32,000 nucleotides of DNA from Wallemia ichthyophaga EXF-994 (lineage: Eukaryota; Fungi; Basidiomycota): contig NW_008806288.1 in the NCBI RefSeq assembly GCF_000400465.1, positions 30,001 through 62,000 on the forward strand. The letters run 5' to 3'. The notes below the pieces were generated by a model. It saw nothing but the letters and a program-made list of their open reading frames with translations, did not search any database and was not told the DNA's origin. Positions within the stretch are counted from its first letter, which is position 1; the number at the start of each line of letters is the position of its first letter. Position numbers and translations under genes: made by a program. Positions 18,739-29,704 of this stretch are shown in pieces.

Positions 18739-19949
18739 TCACTTGCTCCTCTCAGCTCTCCACTTGAATACTCTTGCCTTGCCTTCACGGCCCTCCTGCT
18801 CGCCAGCATCAATGTCTGTCTTCTGGCCCTTCTCGAGTTTCTGTTTGGCGCCTTTACCCATGAGTGCCTTTGTCAGTTCGAGCTCGCGTGCAGCTCTGTC
18901 CATTGCATCCTGTCTGAAGACTCTTTGAGTGAGTTCATTGAGTGTCTTCTTCAGCTGTGTCTAAGGCGGGTTATTAACAGGATGAAACGGGCTGCGCTAT
19001 CGATACACACCTCGCCAACAACGACATCGTCGAAGCCATCATTACCATCTACAGCGTCATGTTCTTCATCAACTGCCATACTTTCCTTCTTCTTTGAACG
19101 CTTCTTCTCCTTCTTGCTCAGCTTCCAGCCGAGGTCTGCGAGGTCTACAGCGTCGTCGTTGTGGTCATCTTCCTCCTGGACAGGATTCGTGGGTTCGAAG
19201 TATGCTGTTTTATGATAAGTACGCGTGCAACGGCAAACAGTTGCAGACTCACGCTCAGAATCATCAGTAAAGACAATATGTGGTACATAGTCAGGAATAG
19301 ACCTTTTGCGAGATTTTTTGGGTTCGTCTGAGGGAATGAGATTGCACTGCTTGAGAGCGTATTCCTCGTACTCGTCCAAACCAATATCCATTCTGTACTC
19401 CTCGTTTGCGAGCTGTTTGATATTAGCCAAACTGGACAAATTCCCGACGAGTTTATATATTCTCTGGAGAGTTTGAGTGTAAGTGAGGGTACCTGACGTA
19501 TATAGATAACCACCTTCTGATTAATTGCACGCTGCAGGTAGATATAACCGTTATCTTGGGTTTTGAGCACCTTAACGAGGTCATTAGGCAGTGGAGTGTT
19601 TCCTCTTTCCTGGAAATGCTGACCAGACTACAAGGTGGATTAGGATGGCTGTATTGTACACTGCAATACATACACACCTCCGTCTTCTTCCCAACCATGC
19701 CAAAGTAAAACTCATCCTTATTCTTCAGCTCTGCCTTCTGCCTAAGCTTCGTAAGCCTGTCTCGCTTGCTGTGGTAGTCACGCGCTCTCTTGACGTAGTC
19801 CTTGTGTTTCTCGAGAAAACCGAGCTTCTGGCGGTGCAGCGGCTGTGAACGCTCCTTGTGGTTGCGACGCCTGATTGCATTGCGAAGACTGCTTCCCGGC
19901 TATTATGCAGTGTCAGTAGGTTTGTTGGGCTGTATCGCTTGCTCACCAT
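18739..19949 (-). CDS. UTP11: U3 snoRNA-associated SSU processome protein Utp11 (about 321 aa)
   Basis: Exons 19949-19947 (ATG only), 19899-19678, 19627-19514, 19463-19253, 19204-19011, 18960-18739. [61 protein letters not shown]. Confidence 0.93.
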
Positions 19950-20073
19950 GATGATGGCTGTCGGTGATAACGATGTGAGTGGGAGATGTCAGTTACAAAC
20001 AGCGTGAAATATATTCTAGCATTTGTGGAATACATCCGATTTATTTCTTTCTCCGTCTTCCCTTGTATCTTTG

Positions 20074-20405
20074 ATGAGCAGCGCTAGGAAGCCAGAAGAT
20101 ATGACAGACAAAGAGCTCAAGGAGGGCATAGTAGCGATGGAGGCTGAGATTGGGTTGGTGATTTCTTACACACCCATTCACAGCTCAATTATTGCAGTGG
20201 CTGCGAAGAAGCGGAGAGAGTGCGCAAGGAGTACATAAACAAGCTAGAAGAGTACAATTACTTTAAGGATATTGGACAGGTGTGTGATGCGCGTAGACAC
20301 AACTTCAAAACTCATAAAACGCAGATGCTCATCGGTAGAATCGCAGATAGGACTGGCAAGACAATGAAGGACGTTTATAAAGATCTTGACATTGAGGACG
20401 ACTAG
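20074..20405 (+). CDS. SWI5: Swi5/Sae3-family DNA repair and recombination mediator (80 aa)
   Basis: Exons 20074-20153, 20198-20279, 20325-20405. YINKLEEYNYFKDIGQ|MLIGRIADRTGKTMKDVYKDLDI matches the Swi5 domain (S. pombe sense of the symbol). Confidence 0.82.
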
Positions 20406-20423
20406 ATGGCTACATTGAACTCT

Positions 20424-21165
20424 TTAGTTTCCCAGAAATCCCTTTCCTTGGAGGTACTCGGTGATAATTTTAACACTGGCCTCTACATCATGCTCATCCG
20501 TCTTGATATGCAGTTCAGCATTTGCAGGTGCCTCATAAGGTGCGGAGACACCAGTAAATTCTTTAATTTCACCGCTTCTCGCCTTCTTGTAAAGACCCTT
20601 TGGATCTCTTTGTTCGACGACAGAAAGAGGCGCATCCACGTATACCTCAATGAAAGGCAAACCTTGTGCCTCGTGGAGCTGTCTGGCGAAGTCTCTGTCC
20701 TTCTTATATGGACTGATGAATGACGTGATTGTCAACGCCGCAGAAGACGCGAACAGCTTGGAGACTTCACCGATTCTTCTTATGTTCTCCTCCCTGTCCT
20801 TATCGGAGAAACCAAGATCCTTATTCAAGCCGAATCTAATGTTGTCACCGTCTAATCTGAAAGCTGATTTGCGGAGGTGGAGGAGGTGTTGTTCGAGTGC
20901 AGTAGCGATTGTCGACTGGTTCGATAAACTGATATTCTGCGACTGAATTTATCGACTCACCTTTCCAGAAGCAGACAAACCAGTCAACCAAATCGTCAAA
21001 CCTTGTTGACCGAGCAATTCTTGTCTTTCTTGTTGGCTCACGGTACCTTCACTTATGTTAAGGGATAGCGGGGAATAACCACGACTAACCTTGGTGGAAT
21101 GTCTTTGATTCTATTTGTGAGCTATTTCACTAACCAATCAAACCACTTACAATATTCGTAGCCAT
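20424..21165 (-). CDS. MET14: Adenylyl-sulfate (APS) kinase (201 aa)
   Basis: Exons 21165-21151, 21102-21090, 21046-20961, 20915-20424. Spliced MATNITFHQG...[16 protein letters not shown]...[44 protein letters not shown]. Confidence 0.97.
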
Positions 21166-21193
21166 CGTCTTCGTTGTTCAGGATAGACATCCA

Positions 21194-21201
21194 TCACGTG
21201 A
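21194..21201. promoter_or_regulatory. TCACGTGA E-box (Cbf1/CDEI-like) in the MET14-BCP1 bidirectional spacer
   Basis: Perfect palindrome 29 nt upstream of the MET14 ATG, inside a 52-nt spacer. Function inferred only. Confidence 0.4.
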
Positions 21202-21217
21202 TTATTTGATATTCAAA

Positions 21218-22176
21218 ATGAGTTTACAGGAGCCATTGAAGGGTACAACAAAGCGCAAGACCACTGCAGAGGATGACGAGGATAATGAGATTGTTAACGT
21301 TGATTTCGATTTCTTCAATTTGGAGGATATAGACTACCACGCTATAAAGCATCTTTTAACGCAGCTATTCCACTCAGATGCTGAACACCTAGAGCTACAC
21401 ACCCTCACTGATCTAATTTTATCTCAAAACAACGTCGGTAGCACTATCAAGGTTGATGGAAAGGAGTCCGATCCTTACGCCTTCCTTACTGCTATCAGTC
21501 TATCGAAACACAAAGGAAACAGCGCCGTCGGGAAGCTTTCGAGCTACCTCGTCGGTAGAGCAAAATCAGCTAACAATGATGCGCTGTGTAGCACTCTCAT
21601 GCAGCTTTTGAGCGACGAGAGTGGAAGCAACGTCGGTGTCTTATTGGGAGAGAGACTTGTCAACATGCCTGTCGTACTTATTCCACATATGCTGAGATTC
21701 TTACTTGAGGAATTAGAATTGGCTAGCCAGTCTGTAGGTGGAAAGCGGGGCTATTGATTTAACTAACAAACCTTGGCAGGCACCAGATGATTTCAAATTC
21801 ACTCACTTTATCATTCCTACAAGAACATACTTTGAATCAGATAACGATATTGATATGGACACAGGCGAACAAGGTCCAATGAAGAAAAAACGCGGCGGAA
21901 ACGAATCCAAATTGCAAACATTCCATCCAGAAGACGAAGTTACTCAGGATGTAAGTGGTCTGGTGTCTTATGTGGTGCATCTCGCTAACACAAACACACA
22001 AACACCAGTTCACAGATCTAGTTGCAGACTACCAATTCCAACACGTTGTAAACAGAGAGAGTGATGAGTTTGGTGCTGATGTACGCGGACGTGTTATTCT
22101 CATCGAAGCTCAAAAATTCAAGAATGTGGTGCTACCAAAGATGATTGAAGCGACAACGGTATCAGCTGGATTGTAA
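21218..22176 (+). CDS. BCP1: Bcp1/BCCIP family protein (284 aa)
   Basis: Exons 21218-21733, 21780-21950, 22009-22176. EIVNVDFDFF, DYHAIKHLLTQLF, VGSTIKVDG.ESDPYAFLT, GVLLGERLVNMP, FHPEDE. Confidence 0.93.
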
Positions 22177-22551
22177 TGATTTGGAGTTTATTTATAGTTT
22201 GTTTCTTATTTCAACAATCAAACCTCGATGAATTCACTCCTATTCCGCTGCTTCTCGGCAACTGAAAATAGGCATTTCATAGATTCGGCAAGGATGCAAC
22301 ATGATATATGATGTTATTGTACAGCATGGACTAATATATTGCATCCGACTGAACCAAAAGATGATCATGTGCATTTCGGCGAACGAATCTAGTTTGGTGA
22401 ATATACTGCATCAGCTGAGTGAGATGCCGTGGGAGAGACTGGCTGATATAAATTATCAGCTACAAAGCCTGTCTTCCAAATATTTAATCCAAAAGCTGAA
22501 ATTTCTCGATCCCGTTCCGAAATCCGTTCGTTCGCTGTAACTCAAACTTCC

Positions 22552-25500
22552 ATGGCCGAGAGACGAGAAGGAGGCGATCAGCAACGGCAAGTAAATCGCA
22601 CGCCAAAAAGCGCCAATACGAACCAAGTAAATTTGCCCTCAATGTCCTCCCATCCCACATTGCAGCCGTTCGTTGGTCCATCAGTGATCTACCACCGGCC
22701 ACAGCCAGCACCAGCGCCAACAGCGCCTCAGCTGCCACCTATCTACCGCCAAAACAGTGACAGGCCACCGCCTGAATTCAGTTCTCAGCAGCCCAAACCC
22801 ACTCAACTCGCCCAGAAGCAGCGAAAGCGCAAGTCGGCAAACGATCAGTCACCAGAAATTCCAGTACTCGACCCACAGACTGGCCAGCCAATCAAGAAAC
22901 GTTCTAGAACAACTAGAAGTTGTGACAGCTGCAGGTGCGTACTCCACACCCCACTCAATATGACTTCTGATAAGTGTCCCCAGAGCTCGGAAAATTAGAT
23001 GCGATTTCCTACCTGATTTGGGTGAGTTTCGTGATTCATTGGCAGACACTAAACGCTAATACTATCTCAGAACCTCCTTGTTGTAGGCACTGCAAGCAAA
23101 ATGGTTTGCCTTGCACCAGCAATCTGCCTATTTCAGAGACGCGATTTAAGAAACGTGCAAGCTCAGTTAATGCTTCATCTCAACCACCTTCATCGCGTCC
23201 TTCACCTCCTCAATCCGTTGTGATGCCGCCGAGCGTTGGCCTCAACCAACAACCCTCTGGTCTACATCTTGCTACGACTTCAAGGGCAACAGCGCGCAAT
23301 CCATCGATAGCAACAACTGCCACGCCTTCAAGGGAACCTCCTCCACCTCCACCTTCGTTTCCGCTCAGATTACCGCCAGTGTGGGTCTCAGACTGCTAAC
23401 AATTCTAAAGATGCTAAAATTTTCACAGCGGACGTGAGAATATGACACTACCTCCACCTTCTTCAGAAGCTAGAATGTTGGGACCCACCTCTATTTCCTA
23501 TCTAGTCCACTCTCAAGCCCAGCTACCGACATCAGTCGAGCGTAATCTCAAAGCTGTCGACGATCGCTACCACCAGAAAAGCAGCGTGACTGCAAATGGT
23601 GATGGCTGGATACACCAAATGCAGAATCGTCCAGGCAGCTCACAAGATGCCCCTCTAGCTAAACCAGCCGCAATCAAGCGTGAATCATCGCAAATCCAAC
23701 CACCTGCAGAGCTTGAGTTAGATGAGGAAACCACGCAAATGCTACTAAACATCTATTTTACAGATATAGCGCCAATATTTCCAGTACTGACTAGCGAGGA
23801 ATTTTACAACCATCCTCATCCGTTGCTACTGCGAGCATGCTGCGTGATAGCAGCTACTGGACGTCAAATACCACTAGAAACGCTAAATGCATGTCGGTCA
23901 GCGTTGAATAGCACTTTGGCTGGATCTACCTTATCGCGTTCATCACTGGTCACTATCCAAGCATTGCTTATATGCAGTTTAAATACAGACGCACATTCAA
24001 CCGCACTCGGTAGCTCAGGTAGCTCGATATGGTTGCGAAGTGGTGCAGCTATTCGCATGGCTCATGATCTTGGTCTACATAAAGAGTCAAAGGAATGCTC
24101 GCAGCGAGAGTCAAATCGCAGGCGACGTGTGTGGGCAGCGGTTGTGATAATGGATAGGTGGGCTTCGTGTGCGCATGGATTGCCTATGTCTATCAATTTA
24201 GTCGACTGCGACGTGCTTCTCCCTTCCCCCTTCGACTTCTACAGGGATGATAGTGATACGGAGTCTAAGCCTATCATAAACGAAGAACACAATAGACCTC
24301 ATTCTTTCTTTGTCGAGATGGTCAAGAACTCCGTTTTGCTTGGCCGTATTCTTCAGACACTGTATAGTGCAGTGGGGCTGCGTCTCGTCACTGACGAACA
24401 ACTTTTCAGTCTCGCAGCGGATATTGAGCAATGGAAGGGAGATCTACCGATTAGTTTGAAATTTACCGGTGTTTCGTCCAGCCCCCAATCTGGTGGGTGA
24501 TGAGGTTTTAAATATGAAACAAGTCAAGCTGATAGCGTCGTAGGTATACTGCATATGGCCTATGTAACACTCTGTCTGCTTTTGTTCAGACCGATGATGC
24601 GAGCATCAGAGAATGACAGTGGGTTGAATGAATGTAGAGTTTTATCTCCAATGCTAACGACGGAGCAGTGTCCGAAGGACTGAAGCAGACGCTCGACGAA
24701 CAACGCTGGATGAAGGTGTATGAAGCGTCGACGGAATGCATTGAATGGGTGTACCAGAACCAGAGCATAATGGACCAGTGCGTAAACATGCAATGATAGA
24801 CGCCGCAGCCTCGCTAACGTACACTACAGCTGGTTTATAGCAGTGTACTGTCTCTGCTCATGCGCACTCATTCAGCACTACACTTGGGCGAGAGAGAAGT
24901 GTGAAGGTGCGTTGGATGGGCTGCGCAAGGTCGTCGAGATACTCGAACAATGGCAGAAAGGTGGTGGCGGCGATGAGGCCATCACGTGGCGCAACAAGCT
25001 GACAGATGTGAGTGGAGTATGTGGGTTCATGCGCTCATCTAACAACACCACCGCAGATAATTCATATACTGAACAAGTCAGCCTTGCGTCCACGCTCAGG
25101 CGGTCAAGATGTCACACATACAGACGGCGAAGCGACACACATGCGTAGAAATCCTTTGCAATTGCGCCAAACTGAGGATAAAATGAGCGAGTCGAGTGTG
25201 GGAGCGGGATATCAACCACATGCAAATCTCTATCCGGGTGCAATGGATTCACAGCATTCGACGTACAGCGGTAATAGCGGCAACGGGGGTACGTCATATG
25301 CAGCGCTATCGACGAATAAGGAGGACGCAGAAGTCGTTCAGTCGCCCTTCCAGACTGGGTCTAGTACTCAGTACAACTCCCATCACCCCGTTTACAGCTC
25401 CGTTATCGATGATAGTACACCTCATCACGCATTTTTTGATCTTAACGCATGGGACTGCCTCATGCAGAATTTTCAGCCTATTGGATCGGCTGGTGGACGT

Positions 25501-25569
25501 CGACATGGCGGGGCTGCTGGTGGCCCACCTCCAAACACACTCCCTGGAACTTCCTATGATCCAATTTAA
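22552..25569 (+). CDS. Zn(II)2Cys6 transcription factor with fungal-specific TF (Fungal_trans) domain (about 889 aa)
   Basis: Exons 22552-22934, 22984-23021, 23071-23380, 23429-24492, 24544-24618, 24669-24777, 24830-25007, 25057-25569; all phases are consistent. Spliced cluster CDSCRARKIRCDFLPDLEPPCCRHCKQNGLPC. Middle domain AIRMAHDLGLH, RRRVWAAVVIMDRW. Start could instead be ATG 22642. Confidence 0.9.
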
Positions 25570-25732
25570 ACACCTCAACACCTTAAGTCACCGCGAGAAT
25601 CCATACATTTCAAGCCCCCACAAACTGACACACTGAAACTAAGTTATGCAATTTTTATTATCTTGTTAGACAAACAAAATGACTAAACAACTGTTGTAAT
25701 ACATGAAATATTATTTGTCCTTTTACACAAGT

Positions 25733-26663
25733 TTACACAGATGCATCTCCAATTGGGTCCCAGTCAGTGACGAGGTACTCGTCCAAGCTGTCCAATTCGG
25801 CCATGTCATCTTGAGACAGCTCAAAGTCGAAAATATTTTTATTAGCCTCTAAGCGCTCTCTTTTGACAGATTTAGGGAGAGGGATGTATCCCTTCTGGAC
25901 AGACCAGCGGAGGAGCACCTGAGCAGGAGATTTAGCGTGTTTCTCGCTGAGGCGTTTGAGGATAGGGTTATTGAATCTCATAGCGCGCGCGAGCGGGCCC
26001 CAAGCTTCAAGAGAGATGTTTTTCTGTTTGTTGTAAGCAACATCTTCTCTACGCTGCATGAATGGGTGTAGATCGAGCTGATTAACGGAGACGGGGTGTT
26101 TAGTTGAGGAGAGTTCAACTAGATGGCGAATTCCATAATTTGATACACCAGCAGATCTAATGAGCCCCTCGTCGATCGCCTCCTCGATAGCTTGCCACGA
26201 AGCCAATCTGCCTTCCTTGTGTGGATATGGGCCGTGAATCAAGTAAAGGTCTAAATAACCCAATCCACTTAATCTCACACTCTCGCGAATGGCTTTGCGG
26301 GAATGCTCTAGACCATCATTGGCCATTAATTTTGTTGTGTAGAAAATCTCCCCGCGTGGTACACCAGATTGCGCCATGAAGTCGTTGATCGCACTGCCGC
26401 ACGCCTCTTCATTCTCGTACCCTGTCGGCGGTGAGTGGGGGAATTGCACCCGCTATTCACTCACATTCTGCTGTGTCCTGGGGGCGTTAGTGGTGTGATG
26501 TGGATAGCCTCACTCAGCTCACAATATGCCTGTAGCCAGCTTCTAAAGCTTGCTTCACGGACGTATAAGCTTCTTCAGACGTGCTCTCATAAGTCCCAAA
26601 ACCGATTTGCGGGATTCTTTGACCGCTTTTCAAAAAGACGCTGGATGTGATGGAAAGTGACAT
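25733..26663 (-). CDS. Aldo-keto reductase (AKR5/Gcy1-like, 280 aa)
   Basis: Exons 26663-26523, 26477-26465, 26421-25733. IPQIGFGTY, GYRHI|DTAEW|YENE, FYTTKL, DLYLIHGP (catalytic D/Y/K/H), GVSNY, IPLPKSV. Substrate unknown. Confidence 0.93.
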
Positions 26664-27116
26664 CGTTGAAGAAAGAAGGAGGAGGAAATCGAAATAAATG
26701 TTTAACTTCTTTTTTAATCTCTTTTTATTTCCCAGCTTTGGATATTTCACTCAGCTGCTTCTTCTTCCCATCAACGACCACCGATGCAACTCGAGCCAAT
26801 CAAAAAGCTGGAAATATCATCAGCTGCGTCGTCTACGCTGCTCAGGCTCTTTTCTTACGCGTTTCTTCGTCTGGTGTGTTCTGCATGTTGTGTAATCTGA
26901 GGTTAATGAGACTCACGCGAATTCCAGATCCCCGGACGCGTATTTGTCTATGCCATCGCTGCTTTATACCCAATCTATCTCTTTTTCTCATACTCTGCAA
27001 AACGCCACCGTAAATCTACACGCACTCATCCAGCACTTGCTCTCATATTTGGAATCCCCGTCAACGACTACCAGTACAATCTTGCAAACTTCATAATCAA
27101 CACGCTTGTCTTTATA

Positions 27117-28844
27117 ATGGCCATGGACTTCCTATGGTCCCCCCTTCTCCTTCTTCCAGCTTCGAATGTTGCGTTCGCGAGGCTGGGTCATGTCACCCAC
27201 CTCTCTGCCAAGGTTGTTGCACGCGTTCCTCCACCTAATTGGGTCTCTCAGCACTCTTACGACGGTGGCGACCACGAGCCACTCGCTAAAGTCGTCTACA
27301 AAGCCCGTGACACACAAAATACTTGGCTCCAAGGCCCAATTCTTGCAAATGCATCGCCTGAGTCTGACTGGATGGACTCTGTCACTCTAGAAAATCTCTG
27401 GCCGTCGATTGAATACGATTACAGCGTAGTCTACTTGAACGGACAGTCTATCCCTGGTATTCCCTCACATTTACCTTTAAAGACTTCTCCAGATCCTAAG
27501 TTAACTTCTATCAAAGCTTCCATGTGGGGTGGAAATGGTGGCACTCAGCTATCCTTCGTCTCTGGATCGTGTGTAACTCTCGGCTTCCCATACAGACCAT
27601 TCGCTCACTTCCAAGTACCTGGTTTCGATTTGCTCGCTGAATACATCAGCAACCGCTCCACACAGTTCATGATCTTCTTGGGCGACTTCATTTATGCTGA
27701 TATCCCACTGAGTATAGGCACATTACCAGAGAACTACTGGAGAAAGTATCGCCAAACCATGTCATCAGATTCCTTTAGAAAGGTTTACGAGCAGCTACCA
27801 TTTTACCACATGTACGACGATCATGAAGTCGCCAACAACTACGCTGGACTGGATAACCCTGATGCTTCCCCATTCAGAGAAGCGATGATCGGATGGAAGT
27901 CATACAACGCTGCAGGTAACCCTCAGTCAAGAGTACCAGGCACCAACTACTACTCATTCAATTATGGCGATATCGCTTTCTTTACGCTCGACACACGCGC
28001 TCATAGATCAGCTAATAATGCTCAAGATGGACCTGAAAAGACTATGCTTGGGGAGACTCAAAAGATTGCCCTCCTCGAATGGCTCAGCGATGTGAATCAC
28101 ACGGCTACTTTCAAGTTTCTTAGCTCTTCAGTACCGCTTACTCAACTGTGGAAAGGCGTTGATGGTCATCTTGACACTTGGAGTGGTTTTAAACATGAAC
28201 GCAGCTGGTTGCTAGATGTCTTGCAGGTGAGTTTGGTGTTATGTTCATTGTCTCAGCTTAGTTGATTTGCAGTATGTGCCAAATGTGATTGTCTTATCTG
28301 GCGTAAGTGGTTATTACACCCAAGATGATTCCATTAACCGTCACTCAAGGATCGCCACGAAGCTGCAGCTGTGGAGATGAGGGACAGCATCACGGAATTT
28401 TCAACCAGCCCACTTAGCCAATTCAGTGTACCAGTGAGGACCTTTAAGCAGGACCATACTACATGGATAGAGGATGTGGTAAAGAAGGAGCAACTCAAAG
28501 ACCTCTATCCCTACTTGATTTCCAATGGAAACGGGAAATTATCTCACCCTGATTCACTGGTACACACAACCGCACAAGACAGCGAGCACGTAACTGTTTC
28601 CAGACCTGAAGATCGCGTGCTGGCATACTTGCCAGATGGGTTTGTCAAATGGACGTCTTTCGACATTGACACAACAAGCTCAATCCCCACAGTCAACGCA
28701 ACTATTTGGATAGACGGTAAGCCTGCGTGGTCAAAGCACATAGACGGCAAGCCTATCAGAGAATCATCCAGTGCGATATCGCTGATCGACTCTGTTGGTG
28801 ATATATTTGACAGCATAGGAATGAAAATCTTTAGCCTGTTTTGA
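27117..28844 (+). CDS. phoD: PhoD-family alkaline phosphatase/phosphodiesterase (about 544 aa)
   Basis: Exons 27117-28226, 28273-28302, 28350-28844. SFVSGSC, FLGDFIYAD, MYDDHEV, LDTRAHRS, KTMLGETQK, DTWSGF..ER, LSG|DRH. Hydrophobic N-terminus. Confidence 0.9.
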
Positions 28845-28916
28845 TAACTTATAATATGTATCTAGCATTGTACACTATAATTGTTCATTTTTAGCCCTTT
28901 AATCTAATCAACCTAA

Positions 28917-29659
28917 TCAACCCAATCTCAAACCCAAACCAAGGCCAGCGACGAATGTAGCGCGACTCTGAAAGTCTGCGGTAAGGAAGCTGATGAATGA
29001 GTTAGTTGTGTTGGATAGGGCATTGAAAATAACGCACTCAACGAGCTTATTCCAGACAGTGGCAACTGTCACACCACGCTGAGAGCTGCTGTCGCTCAAC
29101 TTGCGCCGAAGAGACGCGTTGTATCGCTTGCTCATTTTGTCCCACTTGACGACAATCAGTCCTTGAGAGCGCATATACTGCAGAAAAACAAAAGCACCAC
29201 CGACAAAGAAGGCGAGAATCTTAGCGCCCTTCTTTAAGAAAATACCGCAACCTTTTATTGTGAGCGGGGTAAGTCAGAGACAGGGGAGAAACATACAGAT
29301 ACCACAGACTATTTGAGTGGGTAAGTGGGAGTTAGACGAGAAATGGAAGTTTACCCACCTGATCCGAATCCAAGATGCTTGTAGTTGACGATACTATCCG
29401 GTACATCTTCGACGCCTTCGTCTGACGTATTCGCAGGCGATGGAGCGACCTGAGAAGATTCCGGGTTCGATTCACAGTTTAGTCTATTCCTGTGCATATC
29501 TAAAGCCACTGCGCTGCCTGTCAGGCCGATTGCACCGGCGGTTGTAAAGAAATTAGACTTTTGCGGGGATCGATAGCGTATGGCTGGAAAGTAAGATCTG
29601 CCGCTGCGTGGAATAGCCTGCTTTGAAAAACCCTGTGCGCATCTCGATAATTTCAACAT
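28917..29659 (-). CDS. FUN14: FUN14/FUNDC-family mitochondrial outer-membrane protein (215 aa)
   Basis: Exons 29659-29359, 29308-29297 (12 nt), 29251-28917. Spliced LGFGSVCGICCGIFLKKGAKILAFFVGGAFVFLQYMRSQGLIVVKWDKM and C-terminal FVAGLGLG match FUN14. Confidence 0.88.
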
Positions 29660-29704
29660 AATTATCCACTACCTTGGTCGTTTCACTCTAACTTCCATCA
29701 CTCC

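Noticed and set aside
22254-22291. Two TCGGCAA direct repeats upstream of the Zn2Cys6 gene as an autoregulatory CGG site
   Set aside because: The 30-nt spacing exceeds typical Zn2Cys6 half-site spacing, and there is no further support.
22301-22540. 79-aa ORF upstream of the transcription factor
   Set aside because: No homology or coding-like composition. It lies in the promoter region containing the CAGCTGAG motif.
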